Assembly: GCA_963664115.2 (NCBI GenBank)
Contig: CAXWPJ010000012.1
Span: forward strand, 320,001-384,000
Direction: 5' to 3'
Source of the DNA: Terriglobia bacterium
GTDB lineage: Bacteria; Acidobacteriota; Terriglobia; 20CM-2-55-15
DNA: 64,000 nt
In this document: in pieces, positions 28,586 through 39,187 of the stretch
How the letters are laid out: every line of letters starts with the position of its first letter
How positions within the stretch are numbered: position 1 is the first letter of the stretch
Position numbers and translations under genes: made by a program
The notes under the pieces: generated by a model
The model's input: only the letters and a program-made list of their open reading frames with translations
Database searches by the model: none
Told to the model about the DNA's origin: nothing

Positions 28586-28833
28586 GTCAGTCGTCCTTAA
28601 AAAATTCTCGGGCGCCTAAATGTTTCATGCCTGAACGCCGCGCGGTATTATACGTTGATCGCCGCCATAAGTTCAGCTTGTCGACGCTTCAGCTCAACCA
28701 GGGCCAGCAGGCTCAACCTTGGCTCGTCATGCTATTGTGGGCCACTGCACTCGAGCGTGATCGACTACCATTTACCGGCTGTGCATGGATCCGGTCACCA
28801 CCGAAGAAAACAGGTTTGTGAAGGAGGTACGTT

Positions 28834-30018
28834 ATGAACCACAGATGTTTATTGGATCGTTATCCATTCTTGTTCATTGGTACGCTCGCATTGACGCTGG
28901 CGCTCGGTTGCGCGCCCACTGGCCCGGAAGTCCAACCCGATGACACCAACGACCGAACGGATGCGGGGGCAGAGGTCTTTGACACCAACGATTACAGAAT
29001 TCGCCTTGTCACCGTCACTGAGGGACTGACGCATCCCTATAGCTTTCAGTTCCTGCCCGACGGCAGCATGCTGGTGACCGAGATGGGTGGCCAACTCAGG
29101 GTCATCCGTGACGGCGCACTCGACCCCCTGCCCGTTGCTGGCGTTCCCGACGTGTATGCCAACCCTCCGTCTCACGGGTTGATGGACCTCGCCCTGCATC
29201 CTGACTTCGCGGAAAACGGTGTGCTCTATATGAGCTACAACACGATGGGTGCGCAGGGTGTCACCGAGGCGGTGGCCCGGGGAACTTTCGATGGAACGGA
29301 GTTGACCGGCATGACCGAGATTTTTGAGGCCGAAGCGTGGGCGATGACCAACGGGCGGCAGAACGCACGGCTCGCGTTCGCTCCTGACGGCACCCTCCAT
29401 ATGTCGGCCAGTGTCGGGGGCGACATCAGTGCCGCCCAGGACATGGAAACCCACAAAGGCAAGACCGTACGCTTGCTCGACGACGGCAGCGTGCCGGACG
29501 ACAATCCATTTGCGGACCTCCCCGGAGCACGTCCGGAGATCTTCACGACCGGGCACCAGAACGTTCATGGGATGGCGGCGCATCCGGAAACGGGAGAGAT
29601 CTGGGCAATCTCGCACGGTGACGAGATCAATATTCTCGCCCCGGGTAGCAACTACGGTTGGCCCTACACCAACTCGGGCGGGGGGACAAGCCAGGCATAC
29701 CTGCCGATGCCCGACGGTGTGGATCTGACCGCGGCATTCGTCGGGTTCGACCCTCAAATCCGTGTTTCCGGAATTGCCTTCTATACGGGTGACGGATTCC
29801 CTTCATGGCGGAACAACGTTTTTGTGGGGAGCATGAACGATCAGCATATCCGTCGCGTCGGGTACGACGACAACGGCCGGACAGTCCAGGAAGACCTGTT
29901 CATTTTGCCCGGCGAGCAGGTTCGCGACCTGAGAATGGGTCCGGATGGGATGCTCTACTACACCGTATTTGTGGACGACGGTCCCGGACGCCTCAGACGG
30001 ATCGAATCGGCGGAATAG
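28834..30018 (+). CDS. PQQ-dependent glucose/sorbosone dehydrogenase family lipoprotein
   Basis: LALG-C lipobox; FLPDG, LMDLALHPDF-NG, P-DNPF, NYGWP, VRDL-GPDG. Confidence 0.9.
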   Translation: MNHRCLLDRYPFLFIGTLALTLALGCAPTGPEVQPDDTNDRTDAGAEVFDTNDYRIRLVTVTEGLTHPYSFQFLPDGSMLVTEMGGQLRVIRDGALDPLPVAGVPDVYANPPSHGLMDLALHPDFAENGVLYMSYNTMGAQGVTEAVARGTFDGTELTGMTEIFEAEAWAMTNGRQNARLAFAPDGTLHMSASVGGDISAAQDMETHKGKTVRLLDDGSVPDDNPFADLPGARPEIFTTGHQNVHGMAAHPETGEIWAISHGDEINILAPGSNYGWPYTNSGGGTSQAYLPMPDGVDLTAAFVGFDPQIRVSGIAFYTGDGFPSWRNNVFVGSMNDQHIRRVGYDDNGRTVQEDLFILPGEQVRDLRMGPDGMLYYTVFVDDGPGRLRRIESAE

Positions 30019-30114
30019 CATCGATTGAGAGAAAGTGCGAGAAAGCAGAGGTGGGCGTTGATGTTCTGGCGGCAGCTATGATCAAGGCGCGCCACTGGCG
30101 CACCGGTCATCATT

Positions 30115-30141
30115 TACACCGACTACACCGACTACACCGAC
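30115..30141. repeat. 9-bp tandem repeat x3
   Basis: TACACCGAC x3, intergenic. Confidence 0.7.
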
Positions 30142-30210
30142 CTGTAGCGCGGGTCGGCTCAAAAACGGAAATGGCGTCGCTCGGTCGCGACGCCATCTCG
30201 GGTCAGCCAA

Positions 30211-30606
30211 TCAGTTTCCGCGCGTGTCCCGTGTGTAGCCGCTCTGGACGATCTCCGTGCCATCTTCTCTCCAGGCACCACCGAGCACCGCATAAGGCGC
30301 GCCCGATGTTGCCACCCGCGCCTCGAACCGTATGACGTCTCCCGGCCTGAAAGTGTTTCGAGTGAAACCCGCGGCCATCATCGAGGTGACGGACGAATAT
30401 TCACCCCTCCAGGTGACAAGTTCTCCATCCTCAGCCTTCACGTCAAACACGACTTGGGCGTGCGGATTTCTCCAGACGAAGTCGGTGACGGTTCCCACCA
30501 GCGTCACATCTTCCTCGCTATAAGCGGAACGGGCATGGTGCGCCACGGCCACGCCACCAAGTAGGGAGAACACGGCCACAACAACCAATATTCGCCGAAT
30601 ATCCAA
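30211..30606 (-). CDS. DUF6152-like secreted protein
   Basis: TTG start after GGAGG; AVA-HH, GTVTDF-WRNPH, W-GE, PGDVI. Confidence 0.85.
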   Translation of the reverse strand: MDIRRILVVVAVFSLLGGVAVAHHARSAYSEEDVTLVGTVTDFVWRNPHAQVVFDVKAEDGELVTWRGEYSSVTSMMAAGFTRNTFRPGDVIRFEARVATSGAPYAVLGGAWREDGTEIVQSGYTRDTRGN

Positions 30607-30694
30607 GAGCCACCTCCTTGAACAAGAACCTTTTAGTCTATAAGCACAAAACTCTGTCCGATTCTTGCATTGAAGCCCCTGACTGTCAACAGCC

Positions 30695-31561
30695 TCATCG
30701 AACTTCATCGCGCGAGTTAAATTCGTCCAGCTCGGTCGCCACGCACATACTCTCCCATATCTCCGTTTCGGGAACCAGCCGGATCGTGGCAGTCTCGGTC
30801 ACCCAAGGCTCGGTATACACCAGTGGATCGATTATCGTCAGCTCGGCTTCCAGCGTGCCGTAGGTCGTACGCGTGTAGCGTTCGATGACTCGCATCTGGT
30901 CGCTGTGGGGCAGGCCGCCGCCAGCGATGTCGCCCTCGGCGGCGGTTCTGTCGATCCAGGACCGCTCGTCATATCCGTTCGACTCGATCACCAAGGTGTC
31001 GCCCTCCCAGTGAGCGACGTTCCATCCCAGCCAATTCAACACCGGAGCTTCCTCGGGAAGTTCCCGGCCGTCGGTCCAAATGGTGCGCCAGGTGTGCTCC
31101 AATTCGAGGAACTGGACGACCTTGCCGGGGAGCATCGCGAACTCGAACCCGTAGTTGTATGTATACATCCGCGGCCAGCCCAGTGGATTGCAGTCCAGGA
31201 GCCCGTAGTCCTTCTCCGAACCGCGCCCGTAGAGCCAATCCCCGTTCTGGCTTTTTAGTTCGGCCTGCGTCTCCGCGTGCAGCTCCCGTCCGTACTCTGT
31301 CAGAGGCGGCGGGTTTCTGAACGCATTGCTGACACCGTCATATCCCCATACTCCCGACAGATCATGCCTGTCGTAGTCCGTAATCTCGTCAATGTTGTTA
31401 CGTGCCCAGGCTGCGGTTCTGTCCGCGTTGTTCTGGCACCGCGGGCAATCATTCCAGCCCTCCGGGGTTTGAGCCCGGGCAAGACCGTCCTGGGCCAGCG
31501 CGAGGGACAGTCCGAGCACCGATGCCACGACCACTGCCGCGATAAAGATTCGATTCCGCAT
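30695..31561 (-). CDS. Secreted uncharacterised protein (partner type), paralog of 8833-9726
   Basis: CPRCQNNADR, DLSGVWG, CNPLGWPR, WEGDTLVIES, DPLVYTEPW. Confidence 0.87.
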   Translation of the reverse strand: MRNRIFIAAVVVASVLGLSLALAQDGLARAQTPEGWNDCPRCQNNADRTAAWARNNIDEITDYDRHDLSGVWGYDGVSNAFRNPPPLTEYGRELHAETQAELKSQNGDWLYGRGSEKDYGLLDCNPLGWPRMYTYNYGFEFAMLPGKVVQFLELEHTWRTIWTDGRELPEEAPVLNWLGWNVAHWEGDTLVIESNGYDERSWIDRTAAEGDIAGGGLPHSDQMRVIERYTRTTYGTLEAELTIIDPLVYTEPWVTETATIRLVPETEIWESMCVATELDEFNSRDEVR

Positions 31562-31844
31562 TGTAGTTAAACCCCCTAGTTCTTCTTCATACACCTGAGA
31601 CACGGATGACAAACGCTACAATAATCAATGCTCGCCAAATCTCCGGGACCCACCTTACTGATAATAGCCGTTCCGGAGGATAGTCAAAACAACAGCACTT
31701 TTTCAATGAAAATTAGATCATGCGCAGTGGTTTCATTGCGCGATCAAGGCAATTACGACCGTCGAGGTGAACCGAAAAGCTAAAGAGACGGGCTATTGAA
31801 CTGGAAGCTGCCCCGATGGCGCGGGTAGCGGGAACAACGAGAAC

Positions 31845-32327
31845 GTGATAGGAGTCATTTCCGCTGCTGACCATACAACTGTAACGGGTGCCATTCCCAG
31901 TAGTCGTCTGGGAAACTATACCGGCGTGAGGGGATCAACGCCCGACGTTGCCGATATAAGCGGTGAACTGGACCCGCTCTTGACAACGGTGGCCGGTCTC
32001 GAGAGTCTGGTGTCCGGTATCGAAGCGTCTTCGACAGACATCTACAATCCGGCCTACGGGAGTTCTTCATCGATTGGGACCATCGGTAGTTCGTCAGACC
32101 CTCGCATCGTCACGGTCAATGGCGACGCGACCTTCGGTCCTGGAACTGGAGTTGGCATCCTTCTGGTTCGAGGCACACTGCCAACGACCGGCAATTGCAG
32201 TTGGGAGAGTTTAATGCTGGTGATCGGTCAGGGGGAACTGATCTGGAGCGGCGGTGGAAGCGGCCAAGTTCGAGGCGGCATTTTCATTGCCAAGACAGGC
32301 GAACGGCATCCCTGCCGCGATACTTGA
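31845..32327 (+). pseudogene. Fragment resembling the C-terminus of PilX-like pilus assembly proteins
   Basis: VTVNGD, GVGILLVRG, LVIGQG, GGGSG-VRGGIFIAKT; no N-terminal part. Confidence 0.45.
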
Positions 32328-32557
32328 CCTCAAAAATTACGGCGCTTCAGACCGAATTATTTTGACGGCGTGACCACCAGTGCGGCTTGTGGATCACTTC
32401 CAGTTCCGATTTGCTTTGAACAATCTCAGCCCGCCCTGTAGGCTACCTCACATACTGGAAGAGTCTTACCGATCAAGATTTGTACCAATTGAATCAACAC
32501 TGCCTCAGATATTAAGCCGCGGCATGAGAAACACGGATCCTTCGGAGGAAACCCCGA

Positions 32558-33723
32558 TGAAACAAGCAATCGCACCTAAAATGCTCAAGACTCTGTTTCT
32601 CGCGATCGTTATAGCGTTGTTTAGTTCACTGAGTTTCGCGGATTTTCATGGCTGGACAATTAGCGAGATTTACACCAACAGTGACGGTAACGTGCAATAT
32701 ATCGAATTGTTTACGTCTCTTGAGGGCCAACAGAATATGGCAGGTCATGCCATCAGCGCATTTCAGGCTGACGGAACCGCAGGGCAGACTTTTATCTTTC
32801 CATCAAACTTGTCCGGTGCGACGGCACAAAAAAGTCTCCTGATCGCAACAGAGGATTTTCAGGATCTGGCTGGAATCGCTCCCGATTTCATCTTGCCGAA
32901 GGACTTTTTGTTTGCTGACGGCGGCCGCATCGATTTTGCTGGAGTGGATTCAGTGGAGTATGCCAACAGCCAATTACCCAAAAACGGAATTCAGGCTTTG
33001 GATGGAAATCTGTCACCTGTAGAGACAAGTCCAACTAATTTCTCTGGCGAAACGGCCACAGTTATCTCAGATATTACTGCTTCATTTGACAGTTCAACGT
33101 CGCAATTAAATTTGCCGGTTATCGATGTGCCTGGGATTGGCGTGGTCAGTGCCACGCTTTTACTGGTTAACGCGGACCCCCTTGAATTCAGGCTGGGGGA
33201 TTTTTATCTGTACGGTGACGGTATCGTCGCGGGCAGTTCTGCGGCGACATTCTTAGGGACTTCTTTATCTATCCCATCCGTCGACGTCGGTGGCGTGTAC
33301 TACGAAGTGACCTTGGGTCTGACCGATGGCGAGCTATTTGTCTTCGGCAATCTGCAAGTGCTGAGTGTCACAGACCCTGGGACCAATGGTGTTGTCGACG
33401 TGACCGGATTCTGGACTGGGGACTTCGTACTCGAAGTGCGGGGTGGCGAGAATGGCTTAACCGGTGGCACGATCGGGTTCTTTTTGACGCAGAACGGCAG
33501 CGCCGTATCGGGAATACAGACGGAGGATCAGGACGAGGGCGCGGACGACTCCGGCACCGTGTCCGGTTCAATCAACGGGAACACTCTCACGCTCGTGTGG
33601 CTGACCGACGACACCAGTGCGGATTGTGCGGTGTTCGAAGTGACGCTAGTCTTCACCGTTTCGGGCACGAGGCTGGTCTTGGCCGGCGCGTCAGGTCGGC
33701 TGTGCGATAGCGGAGAGGGCTAG
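32558..33723 (+). CDS. Secreted hypothetical protein, possibly chimeric
   Basis: GGAGG RBS; signal peptide then DFHGWTISEIYTNSDGNVQYIEL (lamin-tail-like). Confidence 0.7.
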
Positions 33724-33797
33724 GGATGCCATATTCGGGAGACCTAAGCGGAGAACTGGTGTTTGACGCCGACCAGTTGAGCGTTCCAATCGTAGAG

Positions 33798-33869
33798 AGC
33801 GATCCAGCTGAAGACAGCGACCCAGTTGAAGACAGCGATCCCGTCGGAGACAGCGATCCAGTCGAAGAC
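33798..33869 (+). repeat. 18-bp imperfect tandem repeat x4 (SDPVED)
   Basis: AGCGAYCCNGYYGRAGAC x4 inside short ORF 33726-33917. Confidence 0.75.
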
Positions 33870-34223
33870 TACGTCGAGGCCGGATCTGCCCAAAGACTCC
33901 TGCGGCGAGAACGATAAGGGAGTGGGAAATGATTCCCCCAGGCGGTCTCCGCAGAGCGAAACAAATCCTCGGGGCTTGTCACGTCACGCTGCAGAGTGGC
34001 TTTTTCGCTTTTTCGCCGCCCTCTGCCCCGTCTGTGTAATTAGATTTCGGGTTTCGACTCCGCCGACACCGTCCCAAAAACGGACGGATTCTCCTTAAGT
34101 TGCTGAAATTATGCTTGCCGTAACCGCGAACTGCTTCCAATCGCCTACTAACACGCCCGATCGTGCCACGGGGATGTTAGAATCGGCCCCACGATCAAAC
34201 TTTCCCAGATTAAGGAGTGCGAA

Positions 34224-36335
34224 ATGAGGATGGCGAATGGCTTGTTCCGAATCGGTATCACGATAGCGGTATGCGCGCTTGCGGGCTTGCTGGCTGCAGC
34301 GTGTCAGCCGCAAGGTGGTTCCGGCACGGTTGAAATTGACGGCGACGATATTGGCGGTGTGGTGGCCAGTACGAACGGACCGGAAGCCGGCGTCTGGGTC
34401 ATCGCGGAAACTGACGATTTCGAAACGCGCTTTGTGCGGATCGTGGTGACCGACGATCAAGGCCGTTACGTCATCCCGGATCTTCCCGATGCCGACTACA
34501 GCATTTGGGTTCGGGGCTATGGACTCACGGATTCAACGAAGGTCGATGCCTCCCCGGGCGGAATGCTCGATCTTACTGCAGTCGTTGCACCGACTCCGGC
34601 GGCCGCCGCTGAATACTATCCGGCAAGCCACTGGTATTCGATGATGGGTCTACCCACTGAAGCCGAACTGGAAAAGGTGCAGGGCGGCCGGGACAGCTAC
34701 CTCTCCTGGATGAAAAACCAGGGCTGCATCGGTTGTCATCAGCTGGGCCAGAAATCCACGCGAACCATTCCCGAATCGCTGGGAGAGTTTGAGTCTTCGG
34801 CCGATGCCTGGCTGCGCCGGGTTCAATCCGGACAGGCCGGTGCGCAGATGGCCGGACAGGTGCAGGGTCGATTGCAGGGACTGCCGCTGAAGTACCTGGC
34901 GGAATGGACAGACCGCATTGCAGCAGGTGAGTTGCCGTCGACGGTGCCCGAACGCCCCTCCGGTGTTGAACGCAACGTGGTCGCCACGATCCGGGATTGG
35001 GGCAGCCCGTCTGTGTATATGCACGACCTGGTCTCTACCGACCGTCGCGATCCGACCGTCAACAGCTACGGCCGGATCTATGGTTCTCCTGAGCTCAGCA
35101 CCGATGACTTTCCTATCCTGGATCCGGTCGCCAACATCGACACGAATTTCAGGGCTCAAGTCCAGGACCCGGACACGCCGACGACGGCCAGCACCCTACC
35201 GTTAGAGCCATCACCATACTGGGGTGACGAAGTCATCTGGGACAGCCAGGCCAACTCACACAACGCAATGATCGATGAGACGGGCCGCGTCTGGTACACG
35301 GCGAGGGGCCGGGGTCCAACCAACCCCGATTTTTGTCAGGAAGGCTCAGACCACCCGTCGGCACAGTTCTTTCCGAACGGCCGCTCAAACCGGCAGCTGG
35401 CCCACTACATACCGGAAACCGGAGAATACACATTCGTCGATACCTGTTTCCAGACGCATCACCTCCAGTTTGCCGAGGACGCAAACGACACGCTTTGGAC
35501 CAGCGGTGGCGGTGCGGTCGTCGGCTGGTTCAACACGAAAATGTACGATGAAACCGGCGATGCCCAGGCATCTCAAGGCTGGGCCCCCATGATCCTCGAC
35601 ACCAACGGCAATGGCCGCCGGGACGACTACGTCGAGCCCGATGAGCCGGTCAACCCGGAACTCGACAAACGCATCGTCGCAAGCTTCTACGCGGTCATGC
35701 CGAACCCGGCCGACGGCTCGATCTGGGGATCGGTCAGTTTCCGGGTTCCCGGTTCGATTGTGCGGTTCGATCCCGAGACGATGCTCGGAGAAATCTACAA
35801 CGTGCCGCAGCCGGGCTTCGGCGTGCGGGGTGCCGACATTGACAGCAACGGTGTCGTCTGGGTATCGCTGGGCAGTGGACACCTCGGCGAATTCGACCGG
35901 AGCAAGTGTGCGGGACCGCTCAACGGCCCTGCCGCAACCGGGGACCATTGCCCGGAGGGCTGGACCTTCCATAATTTACCCGGACCGGGTTTCGACGACC
36001 TCCCGGAGTTCAGCGTGGAATCGAGCTATTACACCTGGGTCGATCAGCACAACACCTCGGGCCTGGGTGCGAACGTACCGATCGCTACGGGAAATCTGGC
36101 GGACGGCGTGCACGCCCTGGTGGACGGAGAGTTCGCAACTCTCCGGATTCCGTACCCGATGGGCTTTTACAGCAAGGGATTCGACGGACGGATCGATGAC
36201 CCGGACGCGGGCTGGAAGGGTCGTGGCCTGTGGGTGTCTGAAGGCGATCGGACTCCGTGGCTCATGGAAGGCGGTACGACGAATCGGCCGCTCGTCGTGC
36301 ACTTCCAGGTACGTCCAGACCCCCTGGCGAAGTAG
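34224..36335 (+). CDS. Lipoprotein with carboxypeptidase-regulatory-like domain, one heme-c motif and a beta-propeller-like region
   Basis: LAAA-C lipobox; GPEAGVWVIAET, VVTDDQGRY-IPDLP, WVRGYGL; CIGCH. Confidence 0.85.
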   Translation: MRMANGLFRIGITIAVCALAGLLAAACQPQGGSGTVEIDGDDIGGVVASTNGPEAGVWVIAETDDFETRFVRIVVTDDQGRYVIPDLPDADYSIWVRGYGLTDSTKVDASPGGMLDLTAVVAPTPAAAAEYYPASHWYSMMGLPTEAELEKVQGGRDSYLSWMKNQGCIGCHQLGQKSTRTIPESLGEFESSADAWLRRVQSGQAGAQMAGQVQGRLQGLPLKYLAEWTDRIAAGELPSTVPERPSGVERNVVATIRDWGSPSVYMHDLVSTDRRDPTVNSYGRIYGSPELSTDDFPILDPVANIDTNFRAQVQDPDTPTTASTLPLEPSPYWGDEVIWDSQANSHNAMIDETGRVWYTARGRGPTNPDFCQEGSDHPSAQFFPNGRSNRQLAHYIPETGEYTFVDTCFQTHHLQFAEDANDTLWTSGGGAVVGWFNTKMYDETGDAQASQGWAPMILDTNGNGRRDDYVEPDEPVNPELDKRIVASFYAVMPNPADGSIWGSVSFRVPGSIVRFDPETMLGEIYNVPQPGFGVRGADIDSNGVVWVSLGSGHLGEFDRSKCAGPLNGPAATGDHCPEGWTFHNLPGPGFDDLPEFSVESSYYTWVDQHNTSGLGANVPIATGNLADGVHALVDGEFATLRIPYPMGFYSKGFDGRIDDPDAGWKGRGLWVSEGDRTPWLMEGGTTNRPLVVHFQVRPDPLAK

Positions 36336-36379
36336 GACACGCTACGCGGCGCGGGGTTGACCATGAATCGGCGGGCGAG

Positions 36380-36412
36380 GGAAGGACACCGGATACTCAC
36401 AGGTGTCCTTCC
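36380..36412. terminator. Hairpin downstream of 34224-36335
   Basis: GGAAGGACACC-N11-GGTGTCCTTCC. Confidence 0.5.
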
Positions 36413-36494
36413 GATTGACCGGGCACCTGCGGTTATATAAGCTTTATCGAACTTTGCGAATCTAGCGGATATTTAAGCGAGAGCGAGCGTCCTC

Positions 36495-36734
36495 ATGAAA
36501 ACACCCAAAGTTGGTCGGAACGATAGCTGCCCCTGTGCCAGTGGAAAGAAATACAAGCACTGTTGCGGCAAACCCTCCGCGGCGAATAACAACTCACGCT
36601 CCAAGCTAATCATGCTGGTCGTGGGCGGTTTACTCGCACTGGGAACCATCGGGTTCGTCAGGGCCCTTGCCACCAGCGAGCCGTCGGATACCCCCGCCGC
36701 GGTGTGGTCACCCGAACACGGCCACTATCATTAG
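36495..36734 (+). CDS. Small SEC-C motif membrane protein
   Basis: [20 protein letters not shown], one TM helix, C-terminal WSPEHGHYH. Confidence 0.85.
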   Translation: MKTPKVGRNDSCPCASGKKYKHCCGKPSAANNNSRSKLIMLVVGGLLALGTIGFVRALATSEPSDTPAAVWSPEHGHYH

Positions 36735-36856
36735 ACCCAGGGGTCCGTTCCCACCCCCAGAGGGTGACTCCACCGAGAAGACGCCCCGCGAGTGCAGGCC
36801 GCCGGCTGGAAATCAGTATTGAATTGAAATCTAGGACTGCGGTTGGACCCGGCCAA

Positions 36857-37777
36857 TCAGAAAAAGCGCTCCGCCTGATGGCTCCCGACGTACTCGGAAA
36901 GAAAGGTCTGATAGAGCTCTGACATTTTCCGGGTCAGCGTCCCGCCCCCAGCAGGAAACTCGATGACTTCGCCGCTCTGAAACTTCAGGCTTCTCACCGG
37001 CATTATCTCGCGCGTCGCGCTGGTAAGAAAACTCTCGCTGCCTTCCCTCATATCTCCGAGGCCCACAGCCGACTCGACATACTCGATTCCCCCTTCGCGA
37101 CAGAGACCCAGCAAGGTCTCTTTGGTCAGGCCGATCAGGTTGCCGGCACTCTGAAAGGGCGTTACCAGGCGATCTGCGATGACAAAGAATATGTTGCTGT
37201 TCGATGATTCCGTCGCCAAACCCTTTTCGTTGAGGAAAAGACAGTCATCGGCGTCGAGCCCCCTCGCTTCGATCACGCCCAGGACATTGTTGAGGTAGTT
37301 GCCACCCTTGATGTTCGGGTTCAACGCGTTCGACGGATTACGCCTGACGTTCGGAATCGCCAGGGTCACGCCCTCGGTATAGAACTTCGGATCCCAGACG
37401 GGGACTTCCTTGACCATGATCACAAAACGGCCCCGGAGCCCGGGCTCGGGAAACAACTCGACCGGACCGTCGCCCCGTGTCACGGTGTAGCGCACATAGA
37501 CATCCTCACCGGCTTCGGCCGCACCACTCGAAATAATCGTTTGGCGAATCTCTTCGAACAACTGGGCAGAGCTATAGGGGATGTCCATGTGAATCAACCG
37601 GGCAGAGTTTTCCAAACGCCTCCAGTGTTCCTCGAAGAGCAAGCCCACACCGGAATAAGTCCGGAACACTTCGTAGACAGAATCCCCGTAAAGAAATCCC
37701 CTGTCGGCTACAGGAATCCGCGCCTCGGAAAGAGGGGCAACGACTCCGTCGATGTTGGCTGTGCTGCGAACGGTCAT
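36857..37777 (-). CDS. Aminotransferase class IV (IlvE/Dat/PabC family)
   Basis: DRGFLYGDSVYE, H--RL-NSA, IKGGNYL, ESSNSNIF, ESFLTS. Confidence 0.9.
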   Translation of the reverse strand: MTVRSTANIDGVVAPLSEARIPVADRGFLYGDSVYEVFRTYSGVGLLFEEHWRRLENSARLIHMDIPYSSAQLFEEIRQTIISSGAAEAGEDVYVRYTVTRGDGPVELFPEPGLRGRFVIMVKEVPVWDPKFYTEGVTLAIPNVRRNPSNALNPNIKGGNYLNNVLGVIEARGLDADDCLFLNEKGLATESSNSNIFFVIADRLVTPFQSAGNLIGLTKETLLGLCREGGIEYVESAVGLGDMREGSESFLTSATREIMPVRSLKFQSGEVIEFPAGGGTLTRKMSELYQTFLSEYVGSHQAERFF

Positions 37778-37779
37778 AT

Positions 37780-38784
37780 TTATCGAACAGTCCGGTTCTC
37801 GATCATACCTCGGACCAGTGACACGTCGTTGGTCCAGATACCCCCGTCATAGCCGGACGGAATCCGGGACAGGTCTTCCAATGTGTCCATCCCGGGTGAA
37901 ATTCCAGATCCGTACCTTCCGACTACGACAACCGAGCTCCCGGCCGCTTCCATACGATTCATGAAGCGATTGGGCCAGCCCCACAGGAAGGGCGCGATGT
38001 TAATCGGAACGTAGACGGGCATATTCCGACATGGGGAAGGAACATGGCCGGCCCAGCCAACCACAAAGTAGCGGATGAGGCAGCGACGGATAGAATCCAG
38101 AGAAAACGCCGGAACTTCGGAGAGGTCCTCTCTGAATGCCACTAATACGGCTTCCCGACCGAAGACAGTCAGCAAGCGACGTCTCGCGTCGGGAAATTGG
38201 GCGAGGCGACGGCCCAGCAGGGCACCGTCGCCGGGGTTGTTCGACTTGATATCCAAAAGGAATGATCGTCCGGGAAATGCATCAAATACCTGACGCATGG
38301 ATGGCATGGCCCCGACTCCCCGACCTCGAAACGGGAAAGTCAGTCCCCCGTCCGAGGTGTAACCGTAGCCAACATCCAGGGCTTGCAGCTCGTCAAGTGT
38401 ATGTTCCGAAGCCTGGCCGTGCCCGTCTGTGCGGCATTCCAGTCGCCGGTCATGAAAGACCGCCCACTGGTCATCACGGGTCAACTGGACGTCGAACTCG
38501 ACGACATCCGCACCCCGATCGAAAGCAGCCCCGATCGAGGAGATTGTGTTCTCGATGTAGTCGTGCGACGGCAGGGTCATACGCGCGGATTCGCACCCCC
38601 GGGGGGAGCCCTCTTCGTTTTCAAATTGCTGCGAAACCCCTCGGTGGGATAACACAGACGGCGATCCCGTTCTTGCGGTTGAACCCCGAGACGTATTGTT
38701 CGCGTAAACGAACAACAGGAACAGGGTCACGAAAGCGACCCCGCCTTTAAGTACTCGTCGTGACACTCGTCGCATGGCGAACAC
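37780..38784 (-). CDS. Glycerophosphodiester phosphodiesterase family protein
   Basis: SHRG, ENTI, VEFDVQLTRD, VFHD, DIK, IWTN. Confidence 0.9.
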   Translation of the reverse strand: MFAMRRVSRRVLKGGVAFVTLFLLFVYANNTSRGSTARTGSPSVLSHRGVSQQFENEEGSPRGCESARMTLPSHDYIENTISSIGAAFDRGADVVEFDVQLTRDDQWAVFHDRRLECRTDGHGQASEHTLDELQALDVGYGYTSDGGLTFPFRGRGVGAMPSMRQVFDAFPGRSFLLDIKSNNPGDGALLGRRLAQFPDARRRLLTVFGREAVLVAFREDLSEVPAFSLDSIRRCLIRYFVVGWAGHVPSPCRNMPVYVPINIAPFLWGWPNRFMNRMEAAGSSVVVVGRYGSGISPGMDTLEDLSRIPSGYDGGIWTNDVSLVRGMIENRTVR

Positions 38785-39187
38785 GTCCCTGCTGCGATAA
38801 AACGCTCTGATTCTACATCTTCGGTCGACTAAATGACCCTCCGGCTGCGCCGAAGTAGTCTAGAATACGGAGGTTTATTATCCATAACTTAAAAGGACGA
38901 ATGATGATCTACACCCTATCCTTCCTGTTGATGCTCCAGTTAAACGGCAACACCGATACGTTCGACCTCGCCCGGCAATCCCGACAACTCGAGGCCGTCA
39001 AGATTTCCGAGACCATCACCAACCATGGCGATCGGAGCCAATCGGTATGGAACGGTCAGAGTTCCATCCCGTTTCGACCACTCAAATTCCGTGAACATGA
39101 CCTCCAGAGCTGGGGAGGCCACTTCCACCGCGGTCTCCCCAACGATGAGCGCGTTCGGGGCACCCACATCGCTTCGGAGAAACACCC

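Noticed and set aside
28604-28620. ATTCTCGGGCGCC as another copy of the 40-bp site
   Set aside because: Only TTCTCGG matches; no spacer or second arm.
30115-30141. TACACCGAC x3 as a contingency locus
   Set aside because: Lies between convergent genes with no frame or promoter to modulate.
34046-34075. GGGTTTCGACTCCGCCGACACC as the second att copy of the tmRNA 3' end
   Set aside because: Only loosely similar to GGGTTCGATTCCCGCCGCCTCCA; not enough to define the island end.
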